Origin: Lytechinus pictus
Lineage: Eukaryota
DNA length: 64,000 bases
NCBI RefSeq assembly: GCF_037042905.1
Contig: NC_087251.1
Location: forward strand, 1,550,001-1,614,000
Direction: 5' to 3'
Part shown: positions 52,647 to 64,000 of the stretch, piece by piece
How the letters are laid out: each line of letters opens with the position of its first letter
How positions within the stretch are numbered: position 1 is the stretch's first letter
The notes under the pieces: model-generated
Database searches by the model: none
Told to the model about the DNA's origin: nothing
What the model saw: only the letters and a program-made list of their open reading frames with translations
Made by a program: the position numbers and the translations under genes

Positions 52647-55600
52647 CTTGTTTGTCCGTCGATGCGACGAGGACCATCTAATCATCCTGGGGTTTAATCA
52701 TTAGCTTGATGGGTCCGCAGATGGGCTAGTCAGGCCAATCTGTGCCCTAAATAGTCTCTGGCAGTGTGGACATGGAATATTGGCTGCTGCTACAGGGTTG
52801 GCAGTCCTTGCCTTCCTGACCTGCCTGCGGGCTACGGCCACTACGGTCATATTTGCCTCACATGCTTCAGCACCCTTATGTACAGCTGTTCGCCATGCTC
52901 CTCTGTCTTGGGCTTTCTGTTCCCATGTGTCATGGTTGATGTTAAAAGACTTAAGTGATTCTTTTAGTGTGTCTTTAAAGCGCTTCTTTGGGCCTCCATG
53001 AGAGCGTCTTCCTTCCTGGAGCTCGCCAAACAGAAGTTTCTTTGGAAGACGTTCGTCCGGCATGCGAGCTACATGTCCTGCCCACCGGAGCTGAGACTGC
53101 ATCAGGACGGTGTAAATGCTTGGCAGGTTCGCACGAGTGAGGACCTCAGTGTCTGGTATCCTGTCTTGCCACTTGATACCAAGAAGTTTTCTCAGACAGG
53201 TGGTGTGGAAATGGTTCAACTTCCTGGTATGGCGCCGATATACTGTCCATGTTTCACAGCCGTACAGCAATGTGGTAAGAACCATGGCCCTGTACACCTT
53301 GATCTTGGTTGTTGTTGAGATTCCTCTCCTGTTCCAAATGTTCTTGTATAGTCTGCCGAAGGCAGCGCTTGCCTTAGCTTGTCTGGCATTGACTTCATCG
53401 TCAATGAAAACGTTTCTTGAGAGTGTGCTGCCGACGTATGTGAACTTGTCCACCACATTTAGACGTTGTCCGCTTATTGTGATGTTAGGTTTAACGTTAG
53501 GCTTTCTTGGAGCTGGTTGATGTAATACTTCAGTCTTCTTTGTGCTGATGGTAAGGCCGAAGTTGTTGCAGGCCTCAGAGAACTTGTCAACACTATGCTG
53601 CATGTCAACCACTGTGGAAACATTGAGGGCACAATCATCAGCAAACAGGAAGTCATTGATAGTGTCAGTTGAGACTTTGGTTTTTGCTTTAAGCCTCCTA
53701 AGGTTGAAGACAGAGCCATCAGTCCTGTACCTGATGCCAATGCCCATGTTTGTATTGCTGAAGGCATCAGTCAGCATGGCTGAGAACATGAGACTGAACA
53801 AGGTGGGAGCAAGGACACAGCCTTGTTTCACTCCGTTGGAGACATGGAATGAGTCAGAGGTCTCACCGTTGTCCTGAACTCAAGCCAGCATGTCATCATG
53901 AAGCTGTCGTACGATGGCGATGAACTTTCTGGGGCATCCATACTTTGCCATGATTCTCCAAAGATCCTCTCCGCTAACAGTGTCGAAAGCCTTGGTAAGA
54001 TCTACGTAGGTGGAGTAGAGGTCTGCATTCTGTTCCTGACACTTCTCTTGTAGCTGTCTAGCAGCAAACACCATGTCAACAGTGCCACGTGCTTTTCGGA
54101 AGCCACACTGGCTTTCAGGTAGGAGGCCTTGCTCAAGGTGTACGGTGAGGCGATTGAGTAGGACTCTAGCAAGGATCTTGCCTGCAATGGACAACAGAGA
54201 TATTCCACGATGATTGTCACAAGCTTGGCGATTTCCTTTGCGTTTGTATAAATGTATGATGGAGGCATCTTTGAAGTCCTGAGGCACTGTCTCATGTTGC
54301 CAAATTTGTTGAAACAACTGGTGGAGTTTCTTAGACAAGGCCATACCCCCTTCTTTGTAGATTTCAGCTGGAATGGAGTCCACATTAGGAGCTTTGCCAC
54401 TAGATAATGAATGGATTGCTTTCCGAGTCTCCTCCAAGGTTGGTATGGCATCCATTGTCTCATCGACCGGGACCTGAGGCAGCCTGTCAATGGCCTCGTT
54501 TTTTTTACGACTGAAGGCATGTTCAGTACACCGTTGAAGTGCTCTGCCCATCTTTCTAGAATTTTCTCTTTGTCTGTGATTATAGTAGACCCATCAGCAC
54601 TGAGGAGGGGGGACAATGAGCCTGTGGTAGAGGGACCATAGAATTCCTTCAGGCCATCATAGAAGTTTTTCATGTCATTCCTGTCTGCAAAGCCCTGAAT
54701 CTCATCCGCTCTGCTACTCAACCAGGAATCCTGCATTTGGCGCAACTTTGCTTGAAGATTGCTCCGCACACTCCCCAGTGTATCTTTCTTAGCTAATGAC
54801 GTTGGGTCATCATGATAAGACTTATAGACCCGACGCTTTTCCTCTAGCAGCTGCTTGATCTCAGTACAGTTTTCATCAAACCAGTCCTTGTGTTTCCTGG
54901 TGCTTGGCCTAAGACACTCCATGGCTGTGTTATGCAACGTGTCACGAAGCGCAGCTCATGCTTTCTCGACATCATGGCCTTCCAACGAAGTAGACTGTAA
55001 GCGTTGTTCCAGGGTGTCGGAAAAAGACTGTTTGAAGTTGTCGACTTTCAGTTTGTTGATGTCCAGACGCTTTGGCGCTTTCATGGCTTGTGGTCGTCTC
55101 TTGGGCTGGACGTGGAGATTGAATTTGGAGACGACAAGGCGGTGATCTGTCCAACACTCTGCGCCACACATAGACTTTGTGACACGTACATCTTGTCTGT
55201 CCCTCTTTCTTACTATGACATAATCAATGAGATGCCAGTGCTTTGAGCGTGGATGCATCCATGAGGTCCTGTTCCGGGTAGGGAGGTTGAACACTGTATT
55301 CGTAATCAAAAGGCCATGCTTTGCACATGTTTGAAGGAGCAGCAGACCATTGCTGTTGCAGTTTCAAACCCTTTGGAGGACCAGCTAATTTGCCAACCAG
55401 TGCTGTCTTCACCGCAAAGCCAACTCCAGACTCTCGTTTCTCTCCAGGTCCACGTCCACTCCAAAAGAATGTATAACCTGCACCTCTTTCACATAGTTCT
55501 CCCTCATCTGCCAGCCTGGTTTCGCTTAGAGCAGCGATGTCAATGTTGTATCTTCCAAGTTTACTCGCAATTAATGCTGTGCGTCTTTGGGGTCTCTCTG

Positions 55601-56515
55601 AGTTAAGATATGTTATCTTTGTTGTCTTTTTTCCTTGTTTTCGACCGCAATAGTAGGGCCCCCATCAGCCGCGGTATGCTGGTTAGGGTTAGGTGGAGCA
55701 GGCAATGTTTGGGACACCTTTTCTAGTCCTCTCCTCATGCCATGGAGGTGAGCAGTGCGTTCCTAAAGAGGGCTGCTCAGTCACCCAGACGGCTGACGAA
55801 ATCCACTGCTGCTCCGGTCAGTGAATAGCGACCATATGGCCTGGGCCGCCTGTGTGCAGGATTGCGGCTACGACTGCCAGTGTACCCACACCTGTCGCTA
55901 CGTCGCGTGCCTGACGCCACAGGACTTGGTAAATGAAGTTGATGAAAGGATGATTGATGACTTGCGCTGTGAAATTTGTTTAATGCGAAGAAGAGTTGCG
56001 CATCGTCGACCTCACTCTCTCGTCCGAGACCATCTGGATCCAGCAGCAAGACAAAGTCAAGACGCCTGGAGATAGAAACGGATGCAGTGGATGACCAAGA
56101 TGTTCTACGTGCCTCATCTTGCCCTATGCACTCCACCGTGTATTGCTGTACCCGCCTTCCTCTCCGTTGAACCAATCTGGTGGTTTCTTCCGCAGAGTCC
56201 ATTGGAGTTCAGTCTTCACATGCATAGGTAGGCAAGCCCTAAGTTAACGAGTGTTACTGTTGCATGCAGACAGCTACTGACACACTCATTCATGTATCAT
56301 GGTACACCGTAGGTAATCATGAAATGCCTTCTCGCTGCTCTGTTCTCCAGCAGTTTAAGGGTGATGGATACCCGGCCGGAACATAACTCACAAAAGCTCT
56401 AGCAATAGGGCACCCAGAATTAACCACTATGTACCATCCACACTAATGAGTGCAGCACAGGTAAGGCGCTGGATGCATCCCAGTATTCAAGGAACAGAGT
56501 TCGTCGCCTGTCGCC
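52647..56515 (-). mobile_element. Near full-length, inactivated RTE-clade LINE
   Basis: Broken APE-RT ORF: RRTALIA...IDIAALSETRL, WMHPRSKHWHLIDYVI, PESQCGFR, VDLTKAFDTV, KQGCVLAPTLF, FADD, C-terminal CPHC. Frameshifts, stops and an APE deletion. Candidate TSD TGTAAATATAT (52636-52646) / TGTAAATTTAT (56516-56526). Confidence 0.92.
52701..55600 (-). pseudogene. RTE endonuclease/reverse transcriptase pseudo-ORF
   Basis: Successive ORFs 54956-55309, 54002-54937, 53880-54551 and 52701-53831 reconstruct one RTE polyprotein. Confidence 0.9.
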
Positions 56516-57374
56516 TGTAAATTTATGTATATCAAAACTGACAAAGGAATAAATACTAGACGTTTATATTCCCATGTTTTGTATTTCATCTTTTCATATT
56601 GCACTTGAAATCCCCTTTCACAAGTGTTGGTTTTATTGTCAACAATTTGTTCCACGTTATATGCCGTTTGTATCCAGCCCCCATATCATTTCTTTAAAAA
56701 AACAAATATAGTTACCATTTTTATTTGTTGCCTTTGAAATCCCCTCTATCTCAAACCCCACAGACATTCATTCTTATCTTGTGATATTGTACCAAATCAA
56801 CTTTCTTTGTAGAGAAAGTGTTGTCCTTTTTCAAATCTTATGGCAGTGATTTTGTATGAGTTTGGGAATTGAAAATGGTAGAAGGTGGGGGGGGGGGGTT
56901 CCCCTGCCCACCTATGGCAATCAGTTTTACATTTAATATTCAAAGCAATATTGCCCCTTTTCTTTATGGATGGGTTGTTTTATGCTTCTTATATTCCTTG
57001 GAGATTAAGGTCTTCTGAATGAGCTAAATACCGTTGTAATTACTATACTTTATTATAGAACCCTCAAATCCATATACGGAATCATGGATACACCCGCAGT
57101 ATTATGAGAAGAATATTAAAGGAGAATATAATAAGGTACCCTTGTCTATTTTTTTTTAAGTGCCAACTTCGAATAGACAATATTTCATGTTAGTTCGTGG
57201 AGTATGCCTAAGATCGCGTGTCGGGGCGCGTGTGAATATAATGGATAAGAGAAAAAGAAGGAGAAAAGGTGAGCATGGTGAAGAGAGGGAGTGAGAGGAA
57301 GAGAGGGAGAGAGAGAGGGGGTGGTAGTTGCACTGAGGCAAACATTGCTTGCAATGCTTCTTTCAAGTAGAAGA

Positions 57375-57396
57375 ATATATATATATATATACATAT

Positions 57397-57440
<44 letters not shown>

Positions 57441-57447
57441 CATATAC
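57375..57447. repeat. (TA)n microsatellite
   Basis: Direct inspection. Confidence 0.95.
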
Positions 57448-57935
57448 AAATTCTAATTATAAAGCAATAATACTGCCAGAGAGTTCGTTTATAGAAAGGT
57501 AAATAGGCATAATATTCAGCAGAAGTTTATAAATAATATTTTGGAATAATACAATGGGGATTTTTTTTGGAGGGGGGTAAGGAGAACTTGAAGGAGACTG
57601 CCCCCTTGAAAAATTACTCATAGCTTTCAAATGGGTTTTGTATTAAAATATGGTGACACAAACATGGTTTTGAAAGTGTCTATTGTTTGGATGAAAATTA
57701 ATACCCATTTGTAAACGTTTCTTTTTTAAAATTCATTGATTGATGATTATTTTATTTTGGATTATTATGTTCATACACAATATGAATTAAGTTACAATCA
57801 ATTTCAAAAGTAAAAAGGGACACTTATGAATTGTCCCTGCATTCACCCTCCCCCCCAAAAAAAAAATGATAATCAGGACAAATAATACTTACAAGTTTTA
57901 TATATACAATCAGTATTTCAACATCCAACACTAAA

Positions 57936-58120
57936 AGGACAAGTAACTCCAACAAAGTTGGTTTAAATAAAAAGAGAAAAATCCAACAAGCATAACGCTG
58001 AAAATTTCATCGATATCGGATGTAAAATAAGAAAGTTATGACATTTTAAATTTCCCCTTATTTTTCACAAAACAGTGATATGCACAACGCAGTGACATGC
58101 AAATGAAACAATAGTATAGG
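57936..58120. mobile_element. TTAA-family MITE, one arm only, abutting the L2 5' end
   Basis: AGGACAAG...AAATTTCATC...CGGATGTAAAATAAGAAAGTTATGACATTT matches the TIR of copies 1-3. Confidence 0.75.
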
Positions 58121-58131
58121 TGATGCTCGCT

Positions 58132-60300
58132 ATATTACTTAGATAAGCATGCTCCCTTGGTTATGAAGCGAGTAGTTGCTCGCCCTCATGTGCCATGGTA
58201 TACAGACGAGGTCCGAGAAGCAAAAAGGCAGAGACGTAAAGCAGAGAAGAAATGGCACAGAACAAGAACCGATCAATGTCTGAACGAGTATAAGAAAACT
58301 CGTAACACAGCATTATATGTTTTAAATGCTGCTCACAAAACCTATCACAAAGACTTGATAGCACGTAACAAGGATGACGTCAAAGGCTTGTTCACCGTTG
58401 TTAAATCTCTGCTGAATGTCTCAAACAAACATCCAGTAGTGCCATGCAACATTGATAGGATGACATTTGTGAATGACATAGGAAAATTCTTTCATGATAA
58501 AGTTCTTAGTATTCACAGTGATATTCAATCCAATATAAATTTGATTGATGGTATTGATACTGATTCATCTGGTCTATCTCCAGCACCCGAAAATATTAGG
58601 TTTGATAAATTTAAACTTTTATCAGAACGAGAAGTAAGGCAACTTGTAATGAAGCTCACTAAGAAGTCTTGCTCTGCTGATCCACTTCCAACAAATATTA
58701 TTATGCAACATATTGATGTTATACTTCCTGTTTTTACGTCTATGATCAATGTCTCACTGTCTACAGGTTATTTTCCTAATGAATGGAAAGTAGCCCTAGT
58801 TTCACCTCTTTTGAAAAAGCCAGGTCTAGATCCTGAATTCTGTAATCTAAGACCTGTGAGCAACTTACAATATATTTCAAAATTGGTTGAAGGTGCAGCC
58901 ACTCAACAAATCTTACAGTTCCTCAATAGCAATTCACTTCTTCCATCCAACCAATCCGCATATAGACAATATCATAGTACAGAAACTGCGCTACTTAGGA
59001 TTAAGAGTGGTATTCTGATGGCAATGGACAATCAGAAAGTCACTCTTCTAGTATTACTAGACTTAAGTAGCGCATTTGATACTATAGACCACACCAGACT
59101 TATGGAAATTTTGCATAACTGTTTCGGTATCAATGGTTTTGCTCTCAACTGGATCAAGTCATACTTGTCTGATCGGCATCAAAAAGTTGTTATTGATGGT
59201 ACTGTCTCAGATTCTTTCCCAGTACCTTTTGGCGTGCCCCAGGGCTCACGACTCGGTCCATTGCTTTTTGCTTTATACACAAGTAGCCTTATTAATAGCA
59301 CTCAGAATAATTTTCCTGAAGTTTCCTGTCATTGTTATGCTGACGACACACAATTGTATATATCTTTTAGGCCATCTTCTACCTCTGCAGACACAAGTGT
59401 TTCAAGGCTGGAACAATGTATCTGTTTCATTCGTAGCTGGATGCTCAACAATAATCTGAAATTAAATGATAGCAAAAGTGAATTTTTGCTCATCGGCACC
59501 TCACAGCAGATCTCTAAAATTAATATCAACTGTATAAAAATTGGAGTATCCAATGTCAAACCATCTGATACAGCAAGGAATTTAGGAGTTTATTTTGATA
59601 CAAACCTCAATATCGAAACCCAGGTCACGAATGTATGCAAATCAACATATTATCTCCTCTATAACCTTCGGCGCATTCGCAAATACTTTGATCAAGAAAG
59701 TATCAAACTGGTGGCGCATGCTCTGATTACAAGTAAGCTTGATTACTGTAATGGTTTGTTGTTTGGAATGCCTGATAGTCTCATTTCTAAGCTACAAAGA
59801 GTCCAAAATTCATGTGCAAGACTTATCTACCGTGTCCCAAAGTTCAGTTCCACTACACCTCTTCTGAGAGAACTCCACTGGTTGCCTGTACGTCAAAGAA
59901 TTTCATTCAAAATTCTGTTAATTGTATATAAATCATTAATTGGTCAAGCCCCACATTACATTACAGAATTACTCAAACTTAAAACCCAATCACACAGTCG
60001 AAGCCTGCGAAGTTCCACAGATAAATTATTGTTTCAGATCCCATTTCACAAAACAAAAGTCACACTTGGTGATCGTGCATTTGCACTTGCTGCCCCCAAA
60101 CTATGGAATAGCCTGCCAATTGATATAAGAAGCTCTCCATCCTTGGCTCTCTTCAAATCACAATTAAAAACATATCTCTTTAGTTAAGAAAATATGCTGC
60201 GTAGACATATGTAAAAAGAGCTCTGAACAAGCGCAGCTGAATATATCCATATAAAAGCTGCGCTATATAAATCAATGCTTATTATTATTATTACTTATTA
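58132..60300 (+). mobile_element. 5'-truncated L2-clade (L2/CR1 group) LINE
   Basis: Begins abruptly at LDKHAPL. Unbroken ORF to 60187. Short 3' UTR with stem AGCGCAGCT/AGCTGCGCT and (TTA)n tail. Confidence 0.9.
58157..60187 (+). CDS. LINE reverse transcriptase (ORF2 without endonuclease; no true start codon)
   Basis: RT motifs NQSAYR, LDLSSAFDTIDH, GVPQGSRLGP, YADDTQLY. L2-type C-terminus LHWLPV...GDRAFALAAPKLWNSLP. Confidence 0.85.
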   Translation: MVMKRVVARPHVPWYTDEVREAKRQRRKAEKKWHRTRTDQCLNEYKKTRNTALYVLNAAHKTYHKDLIARNKDDVKGLFTVVKSLLNVSNKHPVVPCNIDRMTFVNDIGKFFHDKVLSIHSDIQSNINLIDGIDTDSSGLSPAPENIRFDKFKLLSEREVRQLVMKLTKKSCSADPLPTNIIMQHIDVILPVFTSMINVSLSTGYFPNEWKVALVSPLLKKPGLDPEFCNLRPVSNLQYISKLVEGAATQQILQFLNSNSLLPSNQSAYRQYHSTETALLRIKSGILMAMDNQKVTLLVLLDLSSAFDTIDHTRLMEILHNCFGINGFALNWIKSYLSDRHQKVVIDGTVSDSFPVPFGVPQGSRLGPLLFALYTSSLINSTQNNFPEVSCHCYADDTQLYISFRPSSTSADTSVSRLEQCICFIRSWMLNNNLKLNDSKSEFLLIGTSQQISKININCIKIGVSNVKPSDTARNLGVYFDTNLNIETQVTNVCKSTYYLLYNLRRIRKYFDQESIKLVAHALITSKLDYCNGLLFGMPDSLISKLQRVQNSCARLIYRVPKFSSTTPLLRELHWLPVRQRISFKILLIVYKSLIGQAPHYITELLKLKTQSHSRSLRSSTDKLLFQIPFHKTKVTLGDRAFALAAPKLWNSLPIDIRSSPSLALFKSQLKTYLFS

Positions 60301-62906
60301 GGAAGATGAAGGAAGAATGCTTTGAAGGAATATTTACCTTTTCCGTCGATCAGCGGATTCTTGTTTCACGGTCAGCTGACGTTCCATTTGAGATGGCGCT
60401 ATAAACGAATATGCGCTTTTTAAACATTGCCTAAGTGATAACATGGATAGTGTTCCCCAGTAATTAAAAGCCATCGAACTATATAATGTTACAGGCTCAT
60501 ATTTTATCAACAGGGGCGGCGATCACCCCCAAGACTCTCAGGGATGAACACCGATCAAGCCCGATCAAAATAACCTGGTTCCATTTTTTGTAGTTTCAAG
60601 ATTTTCATCACCACCACAGCTCAGGGGCGGCGACATGGGGGGGGGGGGGGGGGGAGGGTGGTCCGCGTCCATCCCCTATGAATTTTCAGGTAGTCAGCAA
60701 AAATGACGACAAAGAGAGAAAATGGGAAAAGAGGAAGAAAGGGAAGAAGAGGCTTTAAAAGAGTTATGAGACGAGTAAATCTATACCCCAATTATTTAGT
60801 GTTAAAATGGCGTCACATTGTCTTACAACTTTGATTAGAATATCCTGGTGTCGCCCCTTACCTGCCATATAGACCTGTGCTAATACCATCATGGATTTGT
60901 GTTACCTATAGGTGGATTACAAGGATGGATATGGCTTTTTGTTTTAAAATATGGACGATAATGCTATATAGCAACATTCTGAGCAGTGGCGCAATGAGCC
61001 AAAAATTTTGAGGGGAGGACATAATGGCACATTGGGCTATATAAATAAAAAATTGTGACATTTTTATTTTAAAAATATTATTTTGTGATAGGTTTCGACA
61101 TAATATTCAGAAGAAAATCCATCCGCCTCCCCCTGCTTTCTAGGGCCTATAGGGTTAATCATGATGGTTTACATGATTGGGTTTCGGACTTTCATTTTTA
61201 TCTTCAAATCTTTGTTTATCCAATCATCTCCTTTTGATTCCTCCTTTTTTCAAATTTATTCATTCGCTATCAATCAAGATTTTTTTCTTCATTTATTCTT
61301 TACTTATGCGCTATAGATTACATGGATTTCAATTAATCATGACCGGCTGTGCTATATTGACGAGGTGACCTTGTTTAATATTTAAGAATTGAGTGTAACA
61401 GGTTTAAATCTAAATCCAAAGTTCGATTAGTCACTGTGAACAGCAGATCATTTACTAAGGCTTGTAAATAATAATCTACTATCCAATCTATCCGATTGTA
61501 AGATTACATGTTTATCAGTTTTGATCACTTTCTTTATGAACGAACCTCCTTACAAACATGGTCATGTATATGTACATGTATATCTAGAAGCCTACATCCA
61601 TTTTATTTGTATTCGAAGGCCTGGGGTGCATCCAGAGAGTGGATTTGAATAAAAGAGAAAATTTAAGCAATAACGCTTAAATTTGATTAAAATCTGATGT
61701 AAACTAAAGAAGTTATTACATTTCAAATTTTCGCTTATTTTTCAAAAAATTTTGATAAGCACTGTGTGCATAACACAGTCATGATAATTTTAATCAATTT
61801 CTGCTCAGGTTCATAATCAAGCCTACGTTTATTAGGGCCTGTGTTCGCCCATTTCAAAGAGCAAATAGGTAATTATGAAATTCCTCGTTGTTCGTCTCAC
61901 CTTCAAGATTTCTCTCTGAATCAATGCAATGACTAATAGACGTGTTATTGGTATTCCTTCAAACTACTCCACTCCCGCGGGCGAGCTTATTGACATACAT
62001 ATTTAGCTTACTTGTATTGAGTAGTTTTCAATTTTATATGGTATAACATTGTTAAGAGTAAGCAGTTTTAGTGAGTTTGGCTTCCAAAAGTATTCAAAAT
62101 TGAGTTCAATACTTGAAAATTGTCTTTTGCATATGAGTTAATAGCAATCAGAGGGGGGACGCGCGATTGACCAACCAGCCAATAACAGTGGGTGTAACGT
62201 GAAAGTTGTATCTTTTATGCGGCGCCACTCACCCATGTTAATACCCCTCTTCAGCAAATTTTGAAAATGTCCAAATGTCCATTCTTAGATTTGAGAAGAA
62301 AGCATTGCGAACAAGGATGAATAAATGTTTTCCATTGTTAATAAATGAAAGACATGGACATACACGTATATTCGCAGATTGATTTTCTTCATTACGAAAT
62401 TATTGCAAATCAATCCCAATTAGATTAGGTTTAATAGACTCCGAACCCCTCCCTCCGAAGTTGCATATTTTTGGATTTTATTGCGGTTACATCACTGGGT
62501 TCGTATCTATTAAACTGAGATTTTATCCAAAGATTGAATTAAAATTTAACAAAAGTGATAGGCCCTATTACTTTAACCAGAAAGGTCTACTTTCGTAAAT
62601 AAACTATAGTGGGGAAAATTATACGGAGACTCGAACAACAATAAGAGTTGGGTGGGATCATATTTCATTCCACCTGTGACTCACTACACTACCAACCGAT
62701 ACAACGGACGCCATTCCATTGCTAGCGTCCCTTGTTACGAGGATTACCATGTTCGTGTGCAGGCCAGGATCGGCTGTTTGAATTTCAGGATGTAACGTGT
62801 CAATAATCGACATTTTCCCAACCGTTTTTACTGATCGCTTTCATTTCATGTGAATAATGTTCGTCATTTAGTGATCTAGGAGATGGAATTTACCAGAGTA
62901 AACAAA

Positions 62907-63373
62907 ATGGAGCCATTTGTAACGTTTATTTCATGGATGTTCGTTTGTGTTGTTGGCCGAGCAGCCGCACAGGGATCCTTCCCGGATTTGTTCAACGCCG
63001 GGGAGGGCCGGACGATTTCGACCGAGCCTCCGGTGGGTACGTGCGGCTACAACCCCAACACGGGTGATGCTGCTCGTAGTGGATTTTGTAGGAGTTCAAC
63101 AATATCTTCCTCTGTTTCATCGTGTACAATAGCTTTATGTGATCAGTCTTGCCCAGGTAGAACTAATTTGCCATCACCAATTGGTCTTTTAAGTTCCGGT
63201 AGTTGTATAACAGAAGATTTCTCAAGTACAAGACCAAACTCTGAACCAAATGAGCCATCATATATTTTTAGAAACACTCCAGATTGTTTTTCTGCTCCTG
63301 CTGTACCAACTGTTGGTAATGATGGAAGATTAACCCTTTCTGTTTGGATTCGACCTGATGTCACCACTGATGG
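62907..63373 (+). CDS. USH2A: Usherin-like protein, first coding exon (partial gene)
   Basis: Signal-peptide-like MEPFVTFISWMFVCVVGRAAA, then QGSFPDLFNAG...TCG...FCRSS...CTIALCDQSCPGR...YIF...CFSAP...TLSVWIRP. This matches the usherin N-terminus as I recall it (GLFPRLENVG...CG...FCHSS...FCIQDCPYR...TLAVWLKP). Kozak AAAATGG at 62907, alternative ATG at 62883. Donor GG/GTAAGC at 63374. Confidence 0.88.
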
Positions 63374-63749
63374 GTAAGCATCAGAAATGGTCTTTTGAAG
63401 TCAACATGGTTTTTATGGGGGATGTGAAATCAAACCATATACATGTAGACCATAACCTTGTTCATTGAATTCCTTGAGTCCCACAATCCGATTTCAACAT
63501 TATGTCATTAATATTATCAAGCATGGTTTATAAAGATTGAGAGAGATGATTAAAAAGGAAGGTTTTAGGTACATGTATGCAACCTTTTTATTGGTCCCCA
63601 AAATACAAATTCAGCTAATGTTATATGGTAAGAAAAAACAAAATATTTTGTTTTATTTTTTGTATCTGTCACCTTGCGAGGCCTGATGTGCCACAAGTGG
63701 TTTGTGAGCCGTTAATTGAGAACAACTGAACTAGTGTATAGTACTCTTT

Positions 63750-63915
63750 TACCCTTTTTACACAGGATTTTCTTAGCCCCGGAATATTGCTAACCCCGTA
63801 CTATTCTTAACCCCGTACTATTTTTTTTTCCTTTTCACACATGCCAAATTGTTATTGCTAACCCCGGATAAGGAATGCTTGCTTTTCACACACGAAACTC
63901 GCTAACCCCGGACTA
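63750..63915. repeat. Start of a probable MITE with TAACCCCG(G/T)A and CTTTTCACAC repeats in the usherin intron
   Basis: Five TA(A/G)CCCCG and three CTTTT(C/T)ACAC motifs. The other end is not in the window. Confidence 0.45.
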
Positions 63916-64000
63916 GTGGTAGCTCATGAATATTCATGAGCGCACTGAGGGGTCATTCTGGTCATATCCAAAATCGCACGCGCTTTAAATACATTTGCCG

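Noticed and set aside
52764..55606. Plus-strand ORFs over the RTE
   Set aside because: Antisense shadows of the RTE coding sequence.

Overview
AT-rich (about 35% GC by eye), intron-containing animal genomic DNA. The repeat repertoire and gene sequences suggest a marine invertebrate deuterostome such as a sea urchin; this is inference. Two host genes face away from each other. One is a SERTA-domain gene most like SERTAD4 (minus strand, two coding exons 24275-24080 and 22795-21762, about 409 aa). The other is the first coding exon of an usherin (USH2A)-like gene (plus strand, 62907-63373, running off the window). The rest is non-coding DNA and mobile elements: a near full-length decayed RTE LINE, a 5'-truncated L2 LINE with an unbroken RT ORF, two L1/Tx1 3' fragments, a tRNA-derived SINE, a 110-bp satellite with a higher-order duplication, and many non-autonomous DNA transposons. 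Their target-site duplications (TSDs) are TA, 3 bp, TTAA, 5, 6, 8 and 9 bp. The most striking structure is at 4.0-8.9 kb: two adjacent foldback elements with TAG...CTA ends. The larger has a perfect 9-bp TSD (AcademH-like) and hosts two nested hAT-like elements. There is no CRISPR array or prokaryotic system, and no demonstrably new protein-coding system. The best leads are transposon architecture, palindromic footprint motifs, a possible ribozyme at the RTE 5' end, and SERTAD4-USH2A linkage.
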